A stretch of 64,000 bases of DNA from Ramazzottius varieornatus (Eukaryota; Animalia; Tardigrada). Numbering within the stretch: position 1 is the stretch's first letter; every line of letters begins with the position of its first letter. The position numbers and the translations under genes are program-made. Below the pieces are notes generated by a model. It was not told where the DNA came from. It searched no databases and saw only the letters and a program-made list of their open reading frames with translations. The stretch covers positions 5,012,448 through 5,076,447 of the forward strand of contig BDGG01000002.1 in the NCBI GenBank assembly GCA_001949185.1, given 5' to 3'. This document shows, piece after piece, positions 13,042 to 23,458 of the stretch.

Positions 13042-14360
13042 CTAATCTTTATCTTTGTCTTCTTTGCTGCTTTCCTTGGCGTCTTGAATACCGCTGTCGT
13101 TAATGGAGAACATGGCTTCAGACTCTGGCAAGCACGGGGAATCGTATATCTTGCAGATACGATTGTCACCCTTGCCCTTCTTCATGTAGAGTCGAGTAGT
13201 GGACGCGTGTGCAATGATGTTTCCGCCGATCGGTTTTCGCGGTTCGGAGAAGGCAGTGCTGTCAACGTTAGCTACGACTTGGTTGGTAATGACCACCGCC
13301 ACACCGAACTCGTCAGCCAGGCGAAGAAGCATTCGCAAAAACTTCGCGAGATGCTGCTGACGCTCAGCCAGTTCTCCTCGACCCGAGTAGTCTGTGCGGT
13401 ACAAGGCGGTCGCTGAATCGACAACCAGGAGAGAATATCGAGACTCGATCATCATGGAGGCGGCTTGAACGAGGAGCTGCAGCTGATGGTCAGTGTTGTA
13501 GGCTCTAGCGTAGGCTACGTTGTCCAGGACGTCGTTACCTTGCATACCGTACCGTTCAGCTATGGCCACCAGTCTTTCCGGACTATAAAACAAGGAGATA
13601 TCAGCCTCCACATTCCAAAAATCTTTATAAACTTTCTTCTATCCACAAAACGGTCTTCGGAAAGACTACTCAAAAAGGCTTACCGGAAAGTGCCTTCCGT
13701 ATCGATGTACATACATCGTCCTTCTCCTCCCTAAAAGCACCGGAAAATAGACTAAGCAAGATAAGATGGCGTTGCTCTTCTTACGTTTAGGTCGATGGGT
13801 AACTGACAGGTGACGGCTAAAGTGTGGCAAAGCTGAGTTTTCCCCGTTCGGAATTCCCCGAACATTTCGGTAATGGATCCTGTCTCGATACCACCTTGGA
13901 GAAGACGATCAAGCTCTTTGGATCCAGTAGAAATCTGAACTAGTTCGGCTCTCTTGGCGTGAAGTTCTGTCGCGGAACAGAAGCCCATCGGCACCAGCTT
14001 CTTGGCTTCGTCCCAAAGACGTTTCGCTTTTGTTTCTCCAAAACCTAAACCCAGTCAACCCAAAATTAGGCACGTTTACTTCGTTCAAAAGTGATCAAAC
14101 TGCCAACTTCTGTGTTCTTCCATACCTGCAACTTTGACTATGGTTCTTAGCGGCGCATACGCAACAGCCTCCACCGTGTAGAATCCAGCTTCCTCAAGGT
14201 TCCGAATGTCGTTTCCGGTCAGTTTCGCCACACCCTTGATCTTGGACATCGGTTGGGTACCTCTGTCATTTTCATCTTCCTGTACAACCTCCACTTCCTG
14301 CACCTCTTCGGTAGCCTTCTCTTTCTCCTTCTGCTTCTGCTTTTGAGCTGCACGAGACAT
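13042..14360 (-). CDS. RAD51: DNA repair/recombination protein RAD51, multi-exon
   Basis: Motifs [61 protein letters not shown] and [13 protein letters not shown]. Confidence 0.97.
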
Positions 14361-15069
14361 GATCTGAAAATTAACTGCCGTAATGAGGACGCGCAGTCCG
14401 AACTTTGGACGCAGCGACGTCCGGACTTACGGTGGATCAACCAGGAGAGTCCTGCGCACTTTCGAGCTTAACTGCGAAGCGCTGAGCAGTCTTTCGGTCG
14501 CTGAATCAACGGTCTCACTAGAGGGGAAAATATCAGAAACTTCCGAAGGAATCGAAGACTGCAGCGTTCGAGAAAGGGAAGAACAAAACCGAGACAACTT
14601 GTAAGCGCGAAAATCATAAATCAGCTGACCGTTGAAAACCGTTTGCGGATAATGAGTCATGGTGAGGTTTCCAGTTTCCACAGCATTAGTCATCCGCTCC
14701 TTCGGTGAAGCCGGCAGACCGGGCGTTCGACACGCTAAAATCGCACCATTGGGGCAACCCTAAGTTCCGAACTTTTGGGGGTCTGTGGCTCAGCCCTTCA
14801 CTTTTTCCGGTACAATTGTGGTTAAATTTGTTTTCGTAAGTTTAGAAGAGCCAGTTTCTCCAGTTTTCTTCCTTGTAAGATCTCTGTCCAGACCTCTCCC
14901 CAGTATGTTGGTCTTCGTATGACTGTCGTGGATGGACGACTACAAGCCGGTAAGCGACTTGTGAGGATCTTTAGCCGCTTGGTGGAGCTCAGTTTGCGTT
15001 CTGGCCATTCTTTTCCGAAACAGGTAAGCTGTTATGATTCAGGACCAGGAGCGCAGAAGCGTCATCCCT

Positions 15070-15153
15070 TTGCCTTTCGTAATGATGATAACGACTCTCG
15101 ATGCTGATGAGAAAATCATTCAATATGCTGTTCACATTCTGAACGAGAAGGCG
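15070..15153 (+). ncRNA. Box C/D snoRNA, family A copy 1 (28S guide, SNORD143/144-type site), in the probable 5'UTR intron of CCT5
   Basis: C box ATGATGA at 15082 and D box CTGA at 15139, with terminal stem tgcctttcg/cgagaaggcg. Guide tgctgttcacat is complementary to metazoan 28S AUGUGAACAGCA. A second copy lies at 17284. Confidence 0.85.
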
Positions 15154-15329
15154 AAGATGCAAGTGCATTTTGCGGGTTGATTTGAAGCAACCTTTGAATG
15201 TTCATCATCCATTTGATTAGACTCGATCATTAGAGTATCTCTCTCTTAGCAGAAGTCTGCGGTTTCTGTTCACTCTTCTCCCTTACAGTGTCTCGGATCC
15301 TGAGTTGAAATACGAAGAAAGAACCCACA

Positions 15330-18300
15330 ATGACTGCGTTAGGGCAGTTAGTCTTCGATGAGTTCGGCAAGCCGTTCGTCATCCTGCGGAATCAGGAGTC
15401 GAAAAAGCGTCTCGTCGGCATTGAAGCTTTGAAGGTATGCTTCCAGATTATCCGCTGTCTGAATCTATCGTACATCCTTGGGAAGTTTAGATGATGATAC
15501 CGGAATTACCGTTTGACTTAGATGATACAAACTCACCAAATGGCTGCTGGTTTAACAACCGGACTGATTAATCAACTCCCCTCGCATTGATTCACTGATT
15601 GATGATTTTGCATATTTCATCTAATTGATTCGTCCTGATTGCAGTCTCATATCATGGCAGCTAAGAATGTCTACGCGACTCTAAGAACTTCCTTGGGACC
15701 CAAAGGTGAGCCGCCGTTGAGGGATACCAACTTTCCTTCTCGCAAGATAACCGAAGGTGAATTTTTCAGGTCTGGATAAAGTCCTCGTAGGCCCGGATGG
15801 GGATATCACAGTAACGAACGACGGTGCCACCATCATGAAGGAAATGAGACCTTCGCACGAAATCGCCAAGCTGATGGTTGAGCTGGCAAAGTCACAGGAC
15901 GACGAGATCGGAGACGGAACAACCAGCGTTGTTGGTGAGCCTTTCTCAAATAACGAAACAGAAGATTGGAAGTTGTTGAAGAAGAAAACGGAAATACTAT
16001 ACCGTTACACATAATCATGAAACTATCAAAGTTTGGCTGCTAGTTTTAAACCACGCTGACTAACTACGTAACTACTTCTTGACATGTACGTCTTGGTTGT
16101 TCCTTGATTAAGAAGCCAAATGGCATGATTGTGATTGCAGTGCTTGCCGGAGCTTTGCTTGATCAAGCCGAGGCGCTGCTCGACAAGGGTATCCATCCTA
16201 TCCGGATCGCCGATGGCTTTGAAATGGCTGCGCAGTTGGCTGTACAACACCTCGAGACCATCGCCGAAAAGCTGGACTTTTCGAAGACTAACCTGGAACC
16301 TTTAGTGGACATCGCCAGTACTACTCTTGGATCCAAAGTGTAAGTTCGTGCCGTAACTGAGCGGAAATCTGTTGAAGTTCAATGATGACACAAGGAATTA
16401 CCGTTTGATAAAAGCGTGAAACTAAACAACTATTGGCTGCTGGTTTTAACCTGCTCTGATTTATTTTGAAACCTCTGCGGAAATTTGTTCATTTCGCGGC
16501 CTGTGTTTAAAGGTTGATGGTTCGTTTGTAGGGTCAGCAGGCACAGGAAGGAGCTAGCCAAGATATCGGTAGAAGCCGTTCTTTCGGTGGCCGACTTGGA
16601 ACATCGCGATGTCGATTTTGAGCTAATCAAGATTGTGACCAAAGTAGGAGCCCAACTGGAAGATACCATGCTGATCAAGGGTGTCCTGGTGGATAAAGAT
16701 ATGAGCCATCCTCAAATGCCCAAGGTACACTTTATCATCAGCTGTAAGCAAACCGGAAGTGGAATCACAGCAATTAGTCGAGGAAATAAAATTACGAATT
16801 CTGGGCAAAAATCTTGAAATGAAGTGGCCCTAGGAATCTCTGGTAATCTTTTAATGGTCACGCAGAGCCAGAAGTGGGCGTAAACTATCATTGCGGTGTT
16901 TTGCTTTTAATTCTTGACTAAAATGTCTTGGATTATTTTAATAGCGCGATATTTGTTATGTAGACTATCAAGGATGCCAAGCTGGCCATTTTAACGTGCC
17001 CGTTTGAACCTCCGAAACCAAAGACCAAGCATAAACTTGACGTGACCAATGTCGAAGAGTACCAGAAGCTTCGGCAGTACGAACAGCAGAAGTTTGAAGA
17101 GATGGTCCAGCAAGTCAAGGACTCCGGAGCCAACCTCGTCATCTGTCAGTGGGGTTTCGACGATGAAGCCAACCATCTTCTGCTCCAGCGGGAACTGCCG
17201 GCTGTGCGTTGGGTCGGTGGTCCCGAAATTGAGGTAAGTTTTATTGGTTTGCCTAGTTCGAGAAACCGGAAGTAGTCGTCTTGTCGCCCTTCTTGATGAA
17301 AGAATATTTTGATGCTTGATGAGAAAATACTTTTATATGCTGTTCACATTCTGAATCGAAAGGCAAATGATCTTCTTGTGTGCTTTGTAACTTTTGTGGT
17401 TAGAAAGTGGTTGTTGATCTTCATACTGGTTTTTTTTCGCAGTTGATCGCCATCGCTACTGGTGGTCGAATTGTTCCTCGTTTTGAAGAACTCAGCGCTG
17501 ACAAGCTGGGTCATGCCGGTGTTGTTCGTGAGGTGTCTTTTGGTACAGCCAAAGATCGCATGTTGGTCATTGAAGGATGCCCAAATACCCGCGCTGTCAC
17601 CATCTTCATCCGCGGAGGAAACAAAATGGTAAGACGAGACCGAAAATTTAATCTGAATGGGCTGAGAAGTTTCGGACCCAAACAATTTCAGATAGCTTTG
17701 GGATAGTCCTACTCTAAATATCGAACTTATCGAAATCGCACAGCCTTCCGGGTTTTTGTACTGCTGTTTACAAGCAGTATATCGGTCGCTAGTGCCAGAT
17801 GGAAGACGTTACCATGAACCATTGGTCCATCGCTATCTAATATGGTGGATTCACACTGATAATGGTGACACATGTACGTTTCGAAGACCCATCTTTTCTC
17901 TCTTGCAGATCATTGAGGAAGCCAAGAGGAGTGTCCACGATGCCATATGTGTCGTGAGAAACCTCGTCCGAGATCCGCGGGTAGTGTACGGCGGTGGAGC
18001 GGCTGACATTTCGTGTGCTAACGTGGTAGCCGAGGCTGCCGATAAAGTTCCTGGTTTAGAGCAGTACGCCTACCGAGCTTTCGTCGATGCCTTAGAAGCT
18101 GTTCCTTTAGCACTAGCAGAGAACAGCGGCTTGGCCCCCATCGAAGCTGTGGCCGAAGTAAAATCTCGCCAGATTAAGGAGAAGAATTCTCGTTTAGGAA
18201 TCGATTGCATGCAGAGAGGCACCAACGGTAGGTTCGTTCCTCACTTGGGACACAGTGCGTTTTCCCAAATGGCGCACGCTTCTAGCCAATATTACTGACA

Positions 18301-18520
18301 ACATGCGTCGCTTAGGAAAATTATCTAGTTTTAGCCCAGCCCTCGACGACCCATCTGGGTGAAAGAGTTCTGACGTGTTTTTTGTTTCGTAGATATGAAG
18401 GAGCAATGCGTGGTGGAAGCTTTGATCGGCAAGAAGATGCAGATATTACTGGCTACTCAGTTAGTTCGAATGATTTTGAAAATCGATGATGTGCGATTGC
18501 CTGGTGAGAAGGAGGACTAG
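15330..18520 (+). CDS. CCT5: T-complex protein 1 subunit epsilon, multi-exon
   Basis: Motifs [70 protein letters not shown] and ILKIDD. Confidence 0.97.
15480..15580 (+). ncRNA. Box C/D snoRNA, family B copy 1 (snR77/SNORD65-type 18S guide), in CCT5 intron 15435-15643
   Basis: C box ATGATGA at 15491, guide GGAATTACCG before D' TTGA (complementary to 18S CGGUAAUUCC), D box CTGA at 15564, and terminal stem gggaagtt/aactccc. Confidence 0.88.
15968..16079 (+). pseudogene. Degenerate family B snoRNA copy in CCT5 intron 15934-16140
   Basis: Aligns with the two intact copies (gaagtt flank, tgaaacta, ttggctgctagttttaa, CTGA). Its C box is TTGAAGA and the GGAATTACCG guide/D' box is disrupted. Confidence 0.65.
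16372..16472 (+). ncRNA. Box C/D snoRNA, family B copy 2, in CCT5 intron 16339-16531
   Basis: C box at 16382, GGAATTACCGTTTGA and TGGCTGCTGGTTT blocks identical to copy 1, and D box at 16456. Confidence 0.88.
17284..17366 (+). ncRNA. Box C/D snoRNA, family A copy 2, in CCT5 intron 17234-17442
   Basis: C box TTGATGA at 17293, shared tgatgagaaaat and atatgctgttcacattctga blocks, D box at 17351, and terminal stem gcccttc/gaaaggc. Confidence 0.85.
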
Positions 18521-19106
18521 TTGCGCTAGCACCTCCACCGCCTGTCATGACATTTTTTCAAAAATATTATTTCCTACGCGGGAGGGATTCCGTAACTTTT
18601 CTCTTGGATCTTACACCAGTTTTCTAATCCGTGTATCCCTTCGGTAATGTTTGGACTCTTGTAGTACGCTTAACATTCGCGATTAGATTGTTCGTGGATA
18701 CTGTGCAGTAGATGACAACGTCCTGAGTTGATGTTTTCGCCTTGTAACATGGAAGATGCAGGCTGAAGGACCAAAGCTCGCTGGTCATTTCCACCTTATC
18801 ATCCTATCCACAGGATCTCTCGACAATTCCGAAGCTGACGGCATTTCGATTTTACACAGCAAACCGATCAGTTTTAGTTACAATTCCAAATCTTTAACAA
18901 AAAAGCACGCCAGTGGATTGAACGTAAGAAGGTACGGTACGGCAAGAAAACTGAGGAATTCTCTTGTATTTAGTTCAGTTGACAAAAATCGTTTTCTTGT
19001 TGCAAACATCAAACTAGTTCGGACACTAATAAAATAGAACAAGAACACAGCACGCCAAAGCCAGTCCAGCGCCACGAATAAGAGTGGCAAAGGTTGAAAA
19101 GCATTC

Positions 19107-20774
19107 TCATGCTTTTACAGCCTTTTCTCCCCTCCTGGGTGCTCTAGTGAGGTTTAGCACGTCGTTGAGTAAGCTCCTACGTGTTGCCTAAGCAAACCAG
19201 AAAGCTAGTGGAAGCGCCAAGCAAACCGAACACTTAACGACGAGAAACTTGTATCTTACCGAAAAGGCATGTCTCCAGTGTCCAAAAGTCCGCGAACTCC
19301 ATCCAAGCTGTGCAAGAGAGCTAGACACCACGTCGGCAGTTGGAACAGCGTACTTTTGGATCTGCTCAGCCACCATATTTGTCTGCGTGGCACCAGGTAG
19401 GAGACTCTGTACGGGAGAATGACGATTAACGACCAATAGCGAGGTCTGATGGTAAAGTGTGAAGACTCCGTACCTGCACGCTAATGCCGGATTCCGAGTA
19501 CTCCACATGAAGAGCCCGCGAGAAGCTATCAGTAAATGCTCTCGTTGCTCCGTAGAGCGCGTATCCTGCAGCAGGCATGTGTCCTCCTAGTAGGCCCCCC
19601 ACGTTGATGATGTACTTTGATTCCTTCGTTTTCCGGTTCAACATCATCGGCATGATAGCGCGCGTCATCTGGAACACCAAAATGAACTCATCACGTTCGA
19701 CTTTAACTCTCTTTTGACACAATGTATCGATAGCAGAGCTAATCAATAACTTTCCGTAAACTACGCCGATGCATCCATCGAGTACCGAGTAGGAAGGCTT
19801 ACCATAACGAGCGAGCGATTATTGAGGTTGACCATCTGGGCGGCGTCTTCGTCCGTCGGAGGAGTCTCAAGGAACCGTCCCCCCGAACCGAGAACTCCCG
19901 CGCAGTTAACTGGAAAGTAAAGAGGAAATAGCACGACACAAACAAATAAAATAGTGAAATGAAAGATCATCTCGAGCGTCCGTACCTAGCACAGCGATGT
20001 CCAAATCTTTCAGCTCATCCTGCATCTGCGGAACGTTTTGATGGCCCATCTTCGACAGATCTATGGCGATAATTTTCGTCTGGACATTGTATTTGGCAGC
20101 TACAAAGACAGTGGACTCATGATATTTCTCTTGAAGTCAAGAAAAGTGAAGTCAAGAATAGTCAGCAGGAGGTCAAACATACTGATTTCGCGGGCAAGTC
20201 CTTCAAGCTTTTCCAACGATCGTGCTATCAGAACAATGTTCAGGCCTTTGTGTGCGAGCTAAAACAGAAGACTCAGGAATATTTCATAAACGGTGTCCCC
20301 GACAATCACAGCTCTCGGTTCTCCGAAACTCTACCTGGAAAGCGTACTCTTTCCCGATTCCGTCACTTCCTCCCGTGATAACTGTAAAATACGAAAGCCA
20401 GTCAGCCGATGAATGCGCGAAGTAACGTGATGCCCACCCTGCGTCATAACAGTCATGCGGGAACAGTGCGACCAAACAGATCAAACTCACTTGACTCACG
20501 TAAACTAACTCGTACCTGCCCATTCCCCAGACTTCCGAAGATCAGCGCCAAGATTCAGGGGAGCAGTTAGCAAGTATTTGGTAACACTTTTTCCCATCCG
20601 GTATAACGCCCGCGCGGAATAGTAAGTCAAGGCGACAGCCCCAATGGTCGACAGGAATGGATGTACTCTTCGGACAGCAAAGTCACTGTAAACGACGTTC
20701 CTCACAATGTGTGGCAGGTATGCATGGACAGCGGTGCCGAATGAATCGACCGAGGTTCTCGCAGGCGACATCAT
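19107..20774 (-). CDS. 17beta-HSD12/HSDL1-family short-chain dehydrogenase (very-long-chain 3-oxoacyl-CoA reductase-like), multi-exon
   Basis: N-terminal membrane anchor followed by [38 protein letters not shown], VNCAG and YGATRAFTDSFSRALHVEY. Confidence 0.85.
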
Positions 20775-21579
20775 TTCTGAAGGTATGGATGGAAGGAACG
20801 GTTTGGAGCTCAGCGATGTCACTTCGGCAGGAAAGGACTACAGTAAAGGATAATCCGTCGAGATGGTCTCCGCTGTCCGATCTTTCAGGTCTTATTGTTC
20901 GTGCGTCTATCCTAACGACGATTATGACGATAGTACAGCTTCGGGGAGTATTCCGCAATGGGAGATTCTGCAAGCAGGACGAGCAAGGTGACTGAAACTA
21001 GGAGTGGAGAGACTGCTGAGCAGTTTTCAAATCACAGTTACAGTAATTACATTAATTTTTTCTTCTGCCAGTGAAGCTCAGCTCAGCTCAGCCCCAATTA
21101 ACGGATCAGTCGGGGGGCGTCGGCCGGGCGTGGCTATCCTGTAGTCTGGACCGAATGAAGACCCCGATGTACCATGTCGACAGATTGACCGATAGATTGA
21201 TTGATTGGTTTACTCCGTGGAGACAAGGTCGCTCACAAACCCGAACCGCCGACAAGAATATCGAAGCCGGTATACTGCCGTGCACTAATGTTTTTGGGAA
21301 AGTTCAAACTTCAAAATCCGTAAAGTTTAAAGTAATCTTTCCGAACCTTTCATACATTTTCCAGATTCTTGCTTATGCCCGCTGTTCATCCAGATTCGCG
21401 GGCCAGTATATGTTCGTTCTGCTGCACCGTGCTAAGTCGGTATCGTTATCGAGGGCTGCTGCTGCTAATCCCTCTTGGGTGCCGTCCAGACGTTAGAGTC
21501 TCGCTCTAGGGTGTGGTCACTGGGGAGTACCGTCTCCGTCGCCTTGTCCTTTCTTTATGTTGATGGTTTTGCTAAAAAG

Positions 21580-21801
21580 ATGCCTCGCATGAAAACGATC
21601 GACTATCTCCACCGTACCGCTGTCGTAGCTCTTCTCATCTTCACCGCCTGCAACGGTGTCGTCTTCGCCAACAGCGGATTTCGTATGATTTCCAACAAGC
21701 AGTTTGTTGGCCAACCGGAAACGCTACGAGATCGGGAGATGAACGCCCTTGCAACAGCGTCTGAAACAGCGTCGGCCACCGTCCGCTCCAAGACTGCCTA
21801 A
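21580..21801 (+). CDS. COX14-like small single-pass mitochondrial protein (73 aa)
   Basis: MPRMKTIDYLHRTAVVALLIFTACNGVVF has a D-x-x-H-R motif followed by one TM helix and a charged tail, as in COX14-family proteins. Confidence 0.55.
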   Translation: MPRMKTIDYLHRTAVVALLIFTACNGVVFANSGFRMISNKQFVGQPETLRDREMNALATASETASATVRSKTA

Positions 21802-21892
21802 AGAAGTACCCTACAAAGCAGGGCGGATGAAAGATGCAGTGCCCTCGATAACAGAATTTTCTTCTGCTGCAGTATTCTTTTGCAGATATATC

Positions 21893-23030
21893 ATGTCTTT
21901 CGTCAGACGCATTTTACTCCACGTGCAACCTCTCCTCAAAGCCTCTCAGCATCGACCAGCGTCTAGTGTGCTTTGTCAGTCCGAAAGAAGTCGTCCTTCT
22001 GCTTCTGCGAACCAGTCCGAGGTTTCTACAGTCGCAACTTCATGGCATGCGGCACCTCTGACAAGTCGTTCGTGCATCGAAGTGAATGGCAAGGACGCGG
22101 CGGACTTCCTACAAGGACTGATCACGAACGACATCCATCTACTGGACGGTTGCACTGAAGGAGGCCCACAGTGCATCTACTCCATGATGCTCAACCACCA
22201 AGGCCGCGTGATCTATGACCTGCTCGTCTTCAGTGTGGTGCCTAATGAGTATCTTCTGGAATGCGACGCCTCGCTCAAAGACAAGCTGATGAAACATTTG
22301 AAGCTGTATAAACTTCGCAAAGATTTGACTGTTTCGTCCTCAACGCAAAACGTGTTCAGCGTCTATCCTGACATTAATGACGCGTCTTTCCAGACAAAGG
22401 CCGGAAACAGCGAAGCCAGGTTTCCAGATTCAGGCAGGATGTTTCGTGATCCTCGGCTTGGTCTCTTAGGCTTTCGACAGTTGAGAGAAACCGCAAACAA
22501 TGGTACTCAAAATAATCCTGGATGTGGTCCAATGATCCATGCGAGAGAGTTTGCCATGTTGTTGTTTCGTAGAGAACAATTCTGGTGGAATCACCACATC
22601 TGATGAGCTCAGCTACAGAAGATTTCGGCTGAAGCTCGGAGTACCCGAAGGCAGTCAAGAACTTCCTCCAGGCGAATGTTTCCCGATGGAGTCCAACTTG
22701 GACTTCATGGCCGGAGTGAATTTCGACAAGGGTTGCTACCTTGGACAAGAACTGACCGCTCGGACGCACCATACTGGAGTCATACGGAAGCGACTGATGC
22801 CCATCCAGATAGAAGGTATCGGTGAAGATAAGGTTGATGTTATACAGCGTGATACTCCCATAGTCAACTCTTCCAAGAAAAATGTTGGAAAGCTTAGAGG
22901 CCATGTTGGCTCTTCTGGCGTAGCTTTGATGCGTGTTCAAGAAGCTCTGGCTGCTGAGAGTTTGATGTGTGATTTTAACGGACAGCGTGTTGATGTGAAA
23001 GTCCAGAGGCCTTCGTGGTGGCCTACATGA
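21893..23030 (+). CDS. IBA57: Mitochondrial Fe-S assembly factor IBA57 (CAF17/YgfZ family), 2 exons
   Basis: Presequence-like N-terminus, GKDAADFLQGLITND, LNHQGRVIYD, and the signature KGCYLGQELTARTHHTGVIRKR. Confidence 0.95.
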
Positions 23031-23458
23031 AATTTTAACCTGTTTTACCATAAATCTTCGGTTATTCGCTAAATTTAATATCTGGACATTTTAACCATGG
23101 CAGATGGCAGATTGGATTGTCAAAATTTGCCAGCATTTGAAAGCATTTGAGCACAATTGAGAAAGAGCTAGGAAAATCGAGTTCGTGTACGGTGAGAGAG
23201 TGAGGCGTTAGACCATGCACAGGCTTATCGTGCTGTAGTTTTGGAAGTTATTGATTTGGATGGGACTGCGTTATGATTGAATGGGATATCGATCTTGGCA
23301 CTCACAAACACTGCATACGTCACAAGCAGGTGCGATGGGTTCGGAGAGTTGAAGAGGAGAATCGGTGAATCGAATGTTCCCGTCTTCTCTATCGGAACGC
23401 AGCTCCCCCGTCCGGTTTCAAAGTACTGTTGCTCTATCCGAATCGAGGACCATTGGTC

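Noticed and set aside
18228-18392. snoRNA in the last CCT5 intron
   Set aside because: It has hairpins, an ACAACA and a CTGA, but no matching C box or terminal ACA and no rRNA complement that I could identify.
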